Under the pieces are notes generated by a model. That model saw only the letters and a program-made list of their open reading frames with translations, did not search any database and had not been told where the DNA came from. This document shows positions 38,901 to 50,410 of a stretch of 64,000 bases of DNA, in pieces. The stretch covers positions 12,586,001-12,650,000 of the forward strand of contig NC_134025.1 in NCBI RefSeq assembly GCF_964204645.1, written 5' to 3'. A program made the position numbers and the translations under genes. This DNA is from Tubulanus polymorphus. Its lineage: Eukaryota > Animalia > Nemertea. The stretch's first letter is position 1; each line of letters begins with the position of its first letter.

Positions 38901-40396
38901 TATTAGAAATAGAAATGATATTGAATTAGTAAATAATTCTGAAAGATTAAGACATTTACAATCAAGTCCTAGACATTTAGGAAATAAAAGATTTGAAGAT
39001 TATTTAACAGCAGTTAAATTAAAAAGAACATCAATGAAATTTAATAAACCTATATTTATAGGTTCGACTGTTTTAGAAGTATCAAAATTATCAATGTATG
39101 ATTTTTATTATAATGTTTTACAACCACTTTTTGGGGAAAAGCATATTGAAATATTATATTTTGATTCTGTAACAGCTGACACCCCAATATTATTAAAATG
39201 TAATGATAAAATATTGATAAGAAGAATTTCAGAAATAATTCCAAAACAAAATGAATGTTATATTTCATATGGAGAAAAAGAATTAATACAAATAAATGGT
39301 TTAATGGATGTTTGGACAAGAAATGGATGGAAAAAATTAAAGAATATTATTAGACATAAAACAAATAAGAAAATCTATAGAGTTAGAACTAAATTAGGAT
39401 TTGTAGATGTTACAGAAGATCATAGTTTAATTAAACGAAATGGCGATGAAATAAAACCAACTGATATAAAAATTGGAGATGAATTATTGCATAAAAGATT
39501 TTTCCAAAGAATGAATCATATGTCATTTGATGAAATTATTGATAATATTTATAATATAGAACCCGAAACATTAGAAGAAAAAGAATATTTTATCAAAGGA
39601 TTTTTCATGGGTGATGGTTCAGCAGGTGTGTATAATTATGTTAATCGCACTCAATATTGCTGGTATTTATGCAATCAAGACTTAAAATTATTAGAAAGAA
39701 TTAAGAAATTCTGTGAAGAAGTTTATTCACATAAAACATTCAAAATCATAGATGTTATGAAATCATCGCAATGTTATAGAATACTTGTAAATAATCCTAA
39801 AGATTTTAAGCCATGTAGAAAATGAGTTAACAGAAGAAGTTAAGGATTTATTTGAAATACATAACCCATCAGATTATGTTTATGATTTATCAACTGAAGA
39901 TGGTACATTTAACTGTGGATTTCCATTAATAGCGGTCAATACTGACGCCTACATACTAAAAATCAAGACAAATGACATAACAAAAGACTTAAAAACATTA
40001 AAACATTATTTTGAATTTAGCTATTATCCTAAAGATCATGAACTATTTAGCAATGATAATAAAAAGATTCCTGGTAAATTTAAAGATGAATTAGGGGGTG
40101 ATGAAATGATTGAATTTGTTGGGATAAGAAGTAAAATGTATAGTTACAGAACAAAAGATCATGAAGCTAAAAAGTTAAAAGGAATAACAAAACATGTGGT
40201 TGATAAACATATAGAATTTCAAGATTATATAAAGTGTTTATATAAATCAATTGTTATGAAACACAAAATGAATTGTTTAAGATCAGAAGATCATGAGATG
40301 TACATTAATGAAGTTGAAAAAACTAGTTTAAATCCATTTGATGATAAAAGGCATATTTTAGATGATGGTATAAAAACATTACCTTATGGCCATTAA
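35620..40396 (+). pseudogene. polB: Protein-primed family B DNA polymerase (pPolB) with N-terminal Zn fingers, an endonuclease VII-like insert and an intein; disrupted
   Basis: ORFs 35620-37056 and 37120-39825 are in the same frame, separated by one TAG (37054). Motifs: ExoI YGDFES, EndoVII-like VRDHDH..YRGAAHEDCN, ExoII FHNLSGYD, ExoIII YLKSDV, motif A YIDANNLYG, motif B KLMNNSFYGK, motif C YFD|TD, then GKFKDE and RSKMY. There is a frameshift at ~39810. Confidence 0.93.
39166..39940 (+). mobile_element. Intein (pol-c insertion site) with a partially deleted LAGLIDADG homing endonuclease
   Basis: N-junction ILYFD|SVTADTPILL (block A), VDVTEDHSLI (block B, TxxH), KGFFMGDGSA (LAGLIDADG block C), YVYDLSTEDGTF (block F) and LIAVN|TDAY (terminal Asn, +1 Thr). 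Removing it restores YFDTD. Confidence 0.92.
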
Positions 40397-41708
40397 AACA
40401 TAAAATCAATATCATCATACTCGAAATCACTATTGGCTTCTTCATTTTCATTTAATTGTTCAGGTTCTTCTTCCATTCCATTTTTCTCATTTAAATAAAG
40501 TTCTATCTTGTTCCACATTTCATCTCGCTCTCTTTGTTTCTTTTTGTTTGTTAATTCGTCAAATGGAATTATAATATCTAGGTTTAAATAATTTACAATC
40601 TTATTTAAAAAGAATTCATAAATTATTGAATCTGTTATTCTATTTTCCAAATGATACATTAATATTTGTTTGAATATTTTTTTTATATTTTCCATATCTT
40701 CTTCTGTTAATTTAGGTTTTTCATAATAATCGTTAAATAATAAATATAAATACATTTTCTTTTGTTTTGTGTTAAATGTTGGCGGAATAATTGTTTTTAT
40801 AATATCTTTTTTGTTATTTCACCATTTTCATTTTCTATTATTTTCATTTTTTCAAGCCATTGCATATATTCTGGAGTATGATCTTCCATAGAAAATATTT
40901 TAAAAATTTCATCTAGATAATTCAATTTTGGATCTATGAGAAAATCTCTAGTTTTTTCTTCACCCAATAAATTCTTTTGCCATCCACATTCATTACAAAA
41001 TAACACAGTACCTTCTTGTCTTAAGGTCGCATAACTACATTGTGGACATTTTCGTTTATAATTTACTGGTAATAGATCTTCATTAAGCTCTTGGTATTTT
41101 CTTAAGTTTTCTTTATGTTTTATTGTTCTATTATGTAGATTTGAATTACTTGTTGTAATAATCAATTTACAATATTTACAATAATATGTTTTTCTTGTTA
41201 ATTCATTATATTGTTTTTCTAACTTTTCAACTGTTTCTTCATTATCTGGTAACGTTTTCTCATATTTTATTTTTTCTAATAAATTATTTTTTCTTTCATT
41301 AAATTCAGTTTCAAATTTATTATAAATTTTATATATATGTACTTTACGAAATTGATGATTCTCCCAATCTTCTATATTTTCAGGGCTATATTTTATTCGA
41401 CAAGGCTCGCAGAAATGATCTTTTATATTATCCTTATCATAGAAAAAGAAAGGTCTTTTCCAAATAACTTCAGGTTCAACTTCAGCAGAATTACTATTAC
41501 TTTCATTACTATCAACATTGGCCGTTGCGCCATTAATTCTACACTTATCTGAATGTTTTTTAACATAATTTCTTGAGAATGATTTATTACATTTTGGACA
41601 GTTTATTTTAGGGGGTTTATAATTTTCATCATGTTTTTTCATATGTCGAGCCATATTACTTTTTCTTAGAAGTTCATCACAAATTTCACATGCTATCTTC
41701 TCATCCAT
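40393..41708 (-). pseudogene. Multi-zinc-finger protein (probably one ORF, frameshifted at a homopolymer near 40810)
   Basis: ORF 40797-41708 has several CxxC...H/C fingers. An open alternative frame (KDIIKTIIPPTFNTKQKKM) links it to ORF 40393-40755. Confidence 0.65.
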
Positions 41709-41776
41709 TTATTTAGGAAAAATTTTATTAAAATTAATTTTTAGTGATGAGCGGTAATTTTTTTATGTTATAAATA

Positions 41777-42533
41777 ATGGTAGAATTAAAAGAATACAGA
41801 ATATTTGTTGATTCTAGAAAACTTAAAAATTATAAATCACATAATTTACTAGTACAATTAGATAGAGAATTTAAGAATTGTGTTGATTTAAAATTAGTAA
41901 ATATAAGTTTATGTAACTCATTTTACAATATATCGGATAAAACTCTTGAACATAGTCTTTTTAATTTTTAATAAAAATAATCATAAATGGTTTCATCTAT
42001 TTTTAAAACCAGGGTTATATAATTTAGAAACATTAGCCCAAGAAATTAATCGGAAAGCACGATTAAAACTTGAAAGTGAAGATAAATTTTCAATTAGATT
42101 TATAAAAAGTGATAGTTCTGATAAAATTAAAATAAAGTTAGATGATGAAAGCAAACATGCATTTATGGTAAGGAAACCTTTAGCTAAACTGTTAGGAATT
42201 AAACCACAAATTGTTACAGGAAACGTAGACGGTAATTCAAATATAATACCTTTTACACATTTTTATATTTATTGCAATTTAATCGATCCTACAAAAACAT
42301 TTGAAGCAACTAAAGATACAACATGTAATTCTAGTATATTAAATATTTTACCAATGAAGAACGTTAAACAATTTGGAACTCAAATAAATTATAATTTAAC
42401 TGAATGTGATTTCAAACCTTGTATTCCACATTTCAATAATTTTAAATTAGAAATAAGAAATCATAATGGATATTTAATTGATTTGAATAACTTTCCTGTA
42501 ATTTATGAATTAGTCATAAGATGTAAAGAGTAA
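41777..42533 (+). pseudogene. Minor capsid protein (penton, single jelly roll), frameshifted near 41950
   Basis: Motifs IFVDSR..., NSFYNI, PGLYNLETL...IN, LAKLLG, FYIYCNLI and LEIRNHNGYLIDLN follow the Polinton/NCLDV penton pattern as remembered. Confidence 0.7.
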
Positions 42534-42549
42534 TTTTTTCATTATATAA

Positions 42550-43050
42550 ATGAATATAACTGTTGGACCGAGTATATGTTTTGGGTTTGATTTTAAACGT
42601 GAGAAAGAAATGAAATTTAACATTAATGATGTAATTACACATATCAAAAATATTGCATTTTCTAATGAAACAACATTTGAGTATGAAACAACAATAGATA
42701 AAGAAACTTTAAATGTAGAAAAGATTACTAATTTAATTAGAGAATCTTTAAGATTTTATGAATTAGATGAAGATTTTATCATAGATGATATCAAAAACAT
42801 ATTATCCAAAATATATGATAATCATAAAAGTAGTAAAATCAAGTGGATAATAACTGGATTATATAATGGCGCCTTACTATCAGTTGCAACTGATGGTTAT
42901 TCAATGGTATTAAAAAAAGTATTCAAAATGGGAAGTGTTAATGTTGATAGATTTGATATAAATGATATTTTAAAATTAACATTAGCAGTTACTTTATCTA
43001 ATTTAACTATTGATTATTTGGAAAAACAAAAATATATTCCTCCCATATAA
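42550..43050 (+). CDS. Hypothetical Maverick protein (166 aa, hydrophobic C-terminal helices)
   Basis: Intact ORF with a T-tract/TAAATG start. Confidence 0.7.
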   Translation: MNITVGPSICFGFDFKREKEMKFNINDVITHIKNIAFSNETTFEYETTIDKETLNVEKITNLIRESLRFYELDEDFIIDDIKNILSKIYDNHKSSKIKWIITGLYNGALLSVATDGYSMVLKKVFKMGSVNVDRFDINDILKLTLAVTLSNLTIDYLEKQKYIPPI

Positions 43051-43055
43051 ATACA

Positions 43056-43077
43056 TAATTTTTTTGTTAAATAAATG
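43056..43077 (+). promoter_or_regulatory. Representative conserved promoter/initiator motif AAT(6-7)-N(5-7)-TAAATG found at most Maverick ORF starts
   Basis: The same architecture occurs at starts 35620, 41708(-), 42550, 43075, 43516, 43967, 45372, 46696, 50411, 51794(-) and 52650(-). TAAATG with little or no T-tract occurs at 47966, 49095/49675 and 50949. Confidence 0.8.
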
Positions 43078-43497
43078 GCTTCTGCAATTATAACTATTAT
43101 AGGATCGGCAATTGTTAACGCTTTGGCATTTACTGGTGGTGGATATTTATTTAAACATATTGATAAAAATAGTTCATTAGGAGAACAAAGAAGACATAAC
43201 TTAGCATTAGAGAAATATAATAAAGCTGCAGAAGAATATAGAGAAAAACGACAAAACTATATGGATTATATTAACAAGGAATTATATGATCAGAAGATTT
43301 CACATAGAGATTTTCAATCAGTTGATGATGCAATGAGTTTATATAACGCGGTAACCAATAAAGAAAAATTACATCTATACAAACCTAAATTATCAGATTA
43401 TTATACCCCAAGTAAAGAACAACAGAAATATGAAATAATATGGATTTTAGGTGGAACTGTTATTGTTATATTTGTTGCTTATAAGTTTACTAATTAG
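43075..43497 (+). CDS. Hypothetical membrane-associated virion protein (140 aa)
   Basis: N-terminal amphipathic/hydrophobic segment, EQRRHN plus coiled coil, C-terminal TM; TAAATG start. Confidence 0.7.
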   Translation: MASAIITIIGSAIVNALAFTGGGYLFKHIDKNSSLGEQRRHNLALEKYNKAAEEYREKRQNYMDYINKELYDQKISHRDFQSVDDAMSLYNAVTNKEKLHLYKPKLSDYYTPSKEQQKYEIIWILGGTVIVIFVAYKFTN

Positions 43498-43515
43498 TAA
43501 TTTTTTTCTAAATAA

Positions 43516-43977
43516 ATGGAAGATAAAGTTGATAGTATTGATATTATTCCTCATGATATAAATAAAACTAAATTAAAAACATATTTAGAAAAACAAATAT
43601 TAGAATTTGAAAGTGACTTAAAGATAAAAAAGAAAAAATATTTAAAAAGTAAAATTATATATTATTTGATTATAAGTGGTTCGGTTACAATTAGTTCTGT
43701 AATAACATTTCTAGTAATATTCAGTCCATTAACACCTTTAGCTATATCAATTGGTGTGTTAGGATTAAGTTCAAGTGTTTTAACCGGAATAAGTTCAAAA
43801 TTGAATATAAAAAGTAATAAAGAAAAAATAAAATCTAATATAAAAGAAATTAATAAATTAAAGAATACACTAGATTATATAATAAGTTTAAATGGCCATA
43901 TAACAGTTGAAGAACAAGATAAATTATTAAAAGAATTAATAAATTATAAATTTTTTAATTATATAAATGGTAGATAG
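43516..43977 (+). CDS. Hypothetical two-TM coiled-coil protein (153 aa)
   Basis: Intact ORF with a central hydrophobic hairpin; TAAATG start. Confidence 0.7.
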   Translation: MEDKVDSIDIIPHDINKTKLKTYLEKQILEFESDLKIKKKKYLKSKIIYYLIISGSVTISSVITFLVIFSPLTPLAISIGVLGLSSSVLTGISSKLNIKSNKEKIKSNIKEINKLKNTLDYIISLNGHITVEEQDKLLKELINYKFFNYINGR

Positions 43978-45355
43978 TTTTCCAAAAGCTTTCCAATATA
44001 ATAAATCAATTAAATATAATATTCCAGCAACAGATTTTAATAAAGATATTACATATAGAAATAAAGTTTTAGATTCATTAACTAATTTAGAAATTTATGT
44101 TACTGAAACTAATAATTTTAATGCAAAGATGGAAAATATATTTCATGTATATTTAATTAATTTTAAAAAATTGAAAGATGAAAAACAATGGTTATTGAAA
44201 TCTAATATGAAGTATTGGCAGAACCAATTAAATTTTGCTGTTTATTGTGCAACAACAGGATGTGGAATTAGTTGGAATGATCATTTGAATAATTCTAAAT
44301 ATAAATTAATTCAAAGTTTATTTAGATTTCATACATACTTTCAAATCAGAATAATATTAAATGAATTAGAGTGCGCTTTACCAGGATCTAGATATTTTAA
44401 AGAATTAGATAATAATATTAATTTATCTAAGTTTTATAAGATTTGCAATGAATTTAATATAGATATAAATAATTCTGATTTTAGAACAAAAATTGGAACA
44501 ATAAGATCACTTCCTTGCCCTAAAAAGGTTGCAGAATATTGTGCACTTCCCATACCATCTAATAGTTTTTATAATATCTATAATAATAAATTAGGTTATG
44601 GTAAAATAGAAACTAAGGATTTAGAAACATTAAATTTCAATAAATTACCGAAATTTTATGATCATTTTAAACAAGAAAACAATAATGGTTGGGTTTATTT
44701 TATTTTAGAAAATAGTGAAGGTTTTACTAAATCAGGTATAGAAAGAATAAATCAATCTATTAGAACTTATTTGATTTGTATTCTAGGATCACAAGTTGAA
44801 ACAAGATCACCGATAATTGGAAATTTGAATACATCATTCGACACACAAAAACAATTTAAAGTATTATTTGAAGATTCCATACATAATGATAAAAATAGAT
44901 CGATTCCAGAAAACATTATTAGATATCAAAATTATTTAGATAAATCACATATTAGATTAAATTATTGTATAGGCCCTAATCTATTAATTATTTCTAATGA
45001 TTTAGTATTAAAGATGGGAAATATAATTGGTTATAATAATCTAATTAAAACTGCGACAATAAATAATTCATTTGGGTTAAATGATATAAATAAAAAGATT
45101 ATCACTGCTCCAAAATTAATGGAAGGTGAAAAAAATAAAAAACATATTCAATCAACAGAAACTAAAACTAAGAATATTAAATTGGATAATGATTCCAAAA
45201 TAAAAGATTACAATACTACAGAAAATATTAAAACTGATAATATTCAACATGATATAATTAAAACTGATAATGACAATAAATCCCATGAAAATACTAAATT
45301 AGCTATAACTTGTATAGGAATTGTAATCGGAGGAATATTATATTTTAAATTTTAA
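43967..45355 (+). CDS. Hypothetical Maverick protein (462 aa, C-terminal TM)
   Basis: Long intact ORF containing WQNQLNFAVYCATTGCGIS and FRFHTYFQIR; function not recognised. Confidence 0.75.
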   Translation: MVDSFPKAFQYNKSIKYNIPATDFNKDITYRNKVLDSLTNLEIYVTETNNFNAKMENIFHVYLINFKKLKDEKQWLLKSNMKYWQNQLNFAVYCATTGCGISWNDHLNNSKYKLIQSLFRFHTYFQIRIILNELECALPGSRYFKELDNNINLSKFYKICNEFNIDINNSDFRTKIGTIRSLPCPKKVAEYCALPIPSNSFYNIYNNKLGYGKIETKDLETLNFNKLPKFYDHFKQENNNGWVYFILENSEGFTKSGIERINQSIRTYLICILGSQVETRSPIIGNLNTSFDTQKQFKVLFEDSIHNDKNRSIPENIIRYQNYLDKSHIRLNYCIGPNLLIISNDLVLKMGNIIGYNNLIKTATINNSFGLNDINKKIITAPKLMEGEKNKKHIQSTETKTKNIKLDNDSKIKDYNTTENIKTDNIQHDIIKTDNDNKSHENTKLAITCIGIVIGGILYFKF

Positions 45356-45371
45356 TTTTTTTATTATATAA

Positions 45372-46671
45372 ATGGATGTAGAAGGTGGAGAAGGTTTTCC
45401 ATTGGATCCTTTAGATGAACCTGGTATAAGTGATGAACAACCACCTGATTTTGATGAAACACGTTTTAATGACGGTAATGACCCAGAATATAATAATAAT
45501 TTAAATATGCCTGATTATATTAAAAATGCTGAATCACAATTAGATCCTGAAAATTTAGACCCATATTTAGTAAAAGAAGATTTAGATAATAAAAACAAAA
45601 TAGCTAAATTAGAAGATTTAATTAAAAAATCTAAACTTAACATAAATGATGAAGACGTTGGACCTTTAGCAGATCAATTAAGATTTTTAGATAATGGTAA
45701 ATGTTATTATCATTTGAAAGATGATTGTTATATTGCTATCACTCATAAAGATAATAAAAATAAAATATTAACAAAATCAACTTTGAGTGATTTACATCCA
45801 GATAGAATTAGAAGAATAAGTAATATTAATGATATAGAAGAATATTTAACACAAACAGAAATGAATAAAAATAGAGAAGTATTTAAACAAAGAATTAATG
45901 AATTATTTGAAATAATCAAAAAGAAATCAGAAACAGAAACAACTTCTGAACAGAATATAACTTCCAAAAATAGTAAACTTAAATCAAATAAAGTTCCGAT
46001 TGAAAAACTATTACCGAATAGATTACTTGATGCAACAGATCAAGAATTAGAAGATTTAGATATATTTTCTGATAAAGCAATTAGAGAGATTATTAGTATA
46101 AGAAATGCATCTGATAAAATTGCGCATGATAAAAGTATAAGAGATTTTAAAATTAGAACTTTAGAAAAAGTTAACTGATAAAAATAAAGAAATAGAACAA
46201 TTAAAATTAGATAGAGATAATAAAGTTATTGAAGAAATTGAATTTAAAAAAAGAAATACATATTTAGAAAAAGAAAAAGATGATTTAGAATATAACATAG
46301 AATTACAAAAAGAAGAAATTAAATTATTATTAAAATCATATGATTATAATAATAATAGATTAAAAGTTATTTTTAAAGATTTGTTGATAAAACCAGATTC
46401 TAAAATATCATTGAAAGATAGAATAAAGTTATTGTTTAAATTAGAAGGAATAACAATTCTTTCAATTCTAACAGCTGTAACTATGTTATTTACAACAATT
46501 GGTTTAGCTATATCAAATGCTTTAAAATCTACTCCTACTCCCACTCCCAATAAACCAGATAAACCCCCAGGTAATAATTCTATACAAGATAAAGTTAAGG
46601 ATGGTTTTTTTATTTTTTATTACAGTTGTAAGTGCTATTATTTTTGGGTAAGTAAACATGATCAAAAATAA
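45372..46671 (+). pseudogene. Acidic/coiled-coil protein with a C-terminal hydrophobic segment; disrupted
   Basis: ORF 45372-46178 continues after a frameshift into the frame ending in ORF 46381-46671 (LKDRIKLLFKLEGITILSILTA). Confidence 0.6.
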
Positions 46672-46695
46672 AGAATTAATTTTTTTGTTAAATAA

Positions 46696-47935
46696 ATGAG
46701 TGGGAGTTATATAAGTCCTTCTAAGATTTCTAGAATATCTAATAAGCAGAAAGATCACATCGTATAATTACTCATAACCCTTCAAATATTAATCCCGATG
46801 AAACTTTATATGTTAGAATTCCTAGATTAACACAAAATACTTTTTATGTTCCAAATAGTATTTATTTATCAGCCGATATAAAAGTAACTGGCCATGATAA
46901 CAATTATGTTGTTGATAATGTTGGAAGATATTTGATTAAGAAATTAACTATAAAGATTGGTCCGGAAACAGTTTTCTCATTAGATGATTATAATTTATTT
47001 ATGCATTATAAAGATTTATGGTTAACTAAAGAAAATAGAAATAATATGATATTTCAAGGCATCCAATCGGAAAACCATAATAAATTAAGATCAGGAGCTA
47101 ATGACGCAATAGTAACTCGTGCCGCAGATAATTTGATTAAAAAGATTTATGGAAGCAAATATAAAATTCCATTAGATTTTGAATTGATAAATAATAATGC
47201 ACCTTTATATAAATACGCAATTCAAGAAGATATTATATTTGAGATAACATTTGCTCCTGTAAATGAAATTGTATTATCTAGCGTTGTTAAAGATATGAGT
47301 TATAAATTATCGAATATATGTTTAGAATATGATACAGTAACTGATGAAAATATTTCAAGTATAATTCAAACTCAATACAATCAAGGATTTTCATTATTAT
47401 ATGATTATATTGATAAATTTAAAACCGTAACTATTAATGCAAATGATGAAATAATTAATGAGAATATTAACTTCCCAAGAAGATCTATTAAAGGTATATT
47501 AATATTTTTTACCATTGCAACATATTCTAATGGCGCAATAAGGTAGATAATTATTATAATCCTGAAATAACAAAAGTAGAAATAACTATCGAAGGAATAG
47601 CAAATAAAATATTTTGCCAAGGAATGAGAATGATAGATCAGTGGCCAGAAATTAGAAAACATTTTATGAATGAAAAAGTAAAATCATTTGAAAATTGTAA
47701 TATTAATCAAATTGATTATTATACCGGCAATAAATATGCATTATGGTTAGATTTTAGAACAACAGAGGATAATTCATTACATGGTTCTGGGAAAAAACTA
47801 CAGAACACTAAAGATGGAATACAATTATTCATGAAAAAGAAAAAAGGAAGCTTAAATTTTAAAATGCATATTTATATTATATCTGACGCGCAATTAAATA
47901 TTGTAAATTCACAATTAGATAGTATTCAATATTAG
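46696..47935 (+). pseudogene. Major capsid protein (double jelly roll), frameshifted near 46750 and 47540
   Basis: Reconstructed to about 410 aa: THNPSNINPDETLYVRIPRL...NVGRYLIKKLTIKI...YKDLW...KIPLDF...ICLEYD...PRRSIKGIL...YYNPEITKVEITIEG...LWLDFRT..DNSLHGSG...SDAQLNI. It is beta-rich and of MCP size, and starts at a TAAATG (46696). Confidence 0.75.
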
Positions 47936-47965
47936 AAATATAAAGTTAAAATTAAGGATATATAA

Positions 47966-49094
47966 ATGGGTGGTAAAAAAACTCCTAATACTAAAGAACA
48001 ATATTTAAGAAATTTATATTACAACCCTGAGAGTTCGGTTGCTTATTCTTCTACTAAAAATATGTGGCGTAAAGTAAAACAAGATAAATTAGATAAGATA
48101 ATCCCACAAAATTTAGTTAAATATAAAGATATAAATGAATTTATGTTAGAACAACCAACATATACAACACATAAAAAAATTGTTAGAAAATATAAAACTC
48201 GTAAAACTATGGTAAGTTATGTAGATCAACAGTGGCAAGGAGATTTAATTGATATGAAAAATGTTAAGAAAGATAATGATGATTATTGGTGGTTATTGAA
48301 TATGATTGATATTTTTAGTCGTTATGTATGGAGCTTCCCACTTTATAGAAAAGATGCTGTACAAACATCAAATGTTTTAAGAAAATTTCTTTCGGATGAT
48401 AAACTAAAACCAGAAAGAAATACAATTTGATGATGGAAAAGAGTTTGATAATTCACTTGTTCATGAACTCTTAGACAATCATAATATTGAATATTTTTCA
48501 ACAAAATCGGATAAAAAAGCAGCAGTTGTTGAACGATTTAATAGAACATTAAGAACAAGAATGTGGAAATATTTTACAGCAAATAATACTTTTAAATGGA
48601 TTGATGTTTTGCCAAAATTGATAGAAGGATATAATAATTCTTATCATTCTTCTATTGGAATGAAACCTATTGATGCTAGAAAACCTGAAAATGCTGAAAT
48701 TGTTTGGAATAATTTATATGGAGCATTTCTTGTAGATGATTTTGGTGAACCTAAATTTAAAGTTGGTCAAAATGTGAGAATTTCTAAGTATAAAAAGATA
48801 TTTGATAAAGGATACGATCGAAATTTTACTAGAGAAATATATAAAATAAAAAAGGTAATAACAACAAAACCATATGTCTATAAATTAGAAGATTTAGATG
48901 GTGAAGAAGTTGATGGCTACTTTTACGAAGAAGAATTAAGTTTAACTACTGAAAATCTAGAACAAGAATATAAAATTGAAAAAGTATTAAAAACAAAAAC
49001 TATTAAAGGAAAAAAATATTCTTTAGTAAAATGGGTTGGATGGCCAGATAAATTCAATGAATGGATATTATCAAGTAAAATTAAAAATATATAA
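47966..49094 (+). pseudogene. Retroviral-like (rve) integrase with C-terminal chromodomain, frameshifted near 48418
   Basis: DDE triad WQGDLIDM / QFDDGKEF / VVERFNRT, then YNNSYHSSIGMKP. Chromodomain YKIEKVLK...SLVKWVGWPDKFNEWI. Confidence 0.92.
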
Positions 49095-49920
49095 ATGAAT
49101 AAGGAATTATTCATATTTGAGCCTCATAATATGTTAATTTCTGGTGTAACAAATTGTGGAAAAACTTATTTTAGATTAAATTTATTAGAAATTGTTTATG
49201 AAAACTATTTTGATAATATAGTATTATTTTGTCCAACATATGAATTTAATCAAACTTATGATAGAAATATTACTAGGAATAATAAATTTATTATATTAGA
49301 TCCTAAAACAGTAAAAGAAAATTTAGATAATTGTATTAAAAGTTGGTCAAAATGTGAGAATTTCTAAGTATAAAAAGATATTTGATAAAGGATACGATCG
49401 AAATTTTACTAGAGAAATATATAAAATAAAAAAGGTAATAACAACAAAACCATATGTCTATAAATTAGAAGATTTAGATGGTGAAGAAGTTGATGGCTAC
49501 TTTTACGAAGAAGAATTAAGTTTAACTACTGAAAATCTAGAACAAGAATATAAAATTGAAAAAGTATTAAAAACAAAAACTATTAAAGGAAAAAAATATT
49601 CTTTAGTAAAATGGGTTGGATGGCCAGATAAATTCAATGAATGGATATTATCAAGTAAAATTAAAAATATATAAATGAATAAGGAATTATTCATATTTGA
49701 GCCTCATAATATGTTAATTTCTGGTGTAACAAATTGTGGAAAAACTTATTTTATATTAAATTTATTAGAAACTGTTTATGAAAACTATTTTGATAATATA
49801 GTATTATTTTGTCCAACATATGAATTTAATCAAACTTATGATAGAAATATTACTAGGAATAATAAATTTATTATATTAGATCCTAAAACAGTAAAAGAAA
49901 ATTTAGATAATTGTATTAAA
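48761..49920 (+). repeat. 580-bp tandem duplication (integrase 3' end plus ATPase 5' end)
   Basis: 48761-49340 matches 49341-49920 with at least 2 substitutions. It creates partial ORFs 49095-49367 and 49354-49674. Confidence 0.93.
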
Positions 49921-50245
49921 ATAGCAATTGATATTTGTAAAGGATCAAATACATTATTCATTATAGATGATTGTGCTAATCTACATGATTCAAAAGTTAG
50001 AGAAAGTGAATTATGCTATTTAGCTTTCTCTGGGAGACATTTTGGGATAACAACTTGGGTTTTAAATCAAAAATATAATTCAATTGTTAAAGACTTTAGA
50101 GAAAACATTAGATTTCTAGTTTTATTCTACAATAAAGATAGAAAATCTGTGAATATATAATGAATATATGGATAAGTTGAAAAATATTAAAAGATCAAAA
50201 TTATTATTTAGATTACAACACCCATTTAAATATGAATTTATTTAA
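49675..50245 (+). pseudogene. A32/FtsK-HerA-like DNA packaging ATPase, disrupted near 50155
   Basis: Walker A GVTNCGKT, Walker B LFIIDD, arginine finger SGRH and the NQKY motif. A C-terminal tail lies in another frame and ends at 50245. Confidence 0.88.
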
Positions 50246-50410
50246 ATTCAATTAGTTTGTTAATCTAGTTGAATTCTAGTTATTAGTATTTGTAACAAAA
50301 ATCAAATAGATTTAACAATATTTCAACTAGCTTGTTAATCTAGTTAAATTCTAGTTACATTCTAGTTAAATTCTAGTTGCAACATCACAACTAATTTTTT
50401 TGTTATATAA

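Noticed and set aside
38193-39319. Antisense ORFs within polB (also 41337, 45743, 47405, 48923)
   Set aside because: They are short shadow ORFs of AT-rich coding strands, with no TAAATG start and no motifs.
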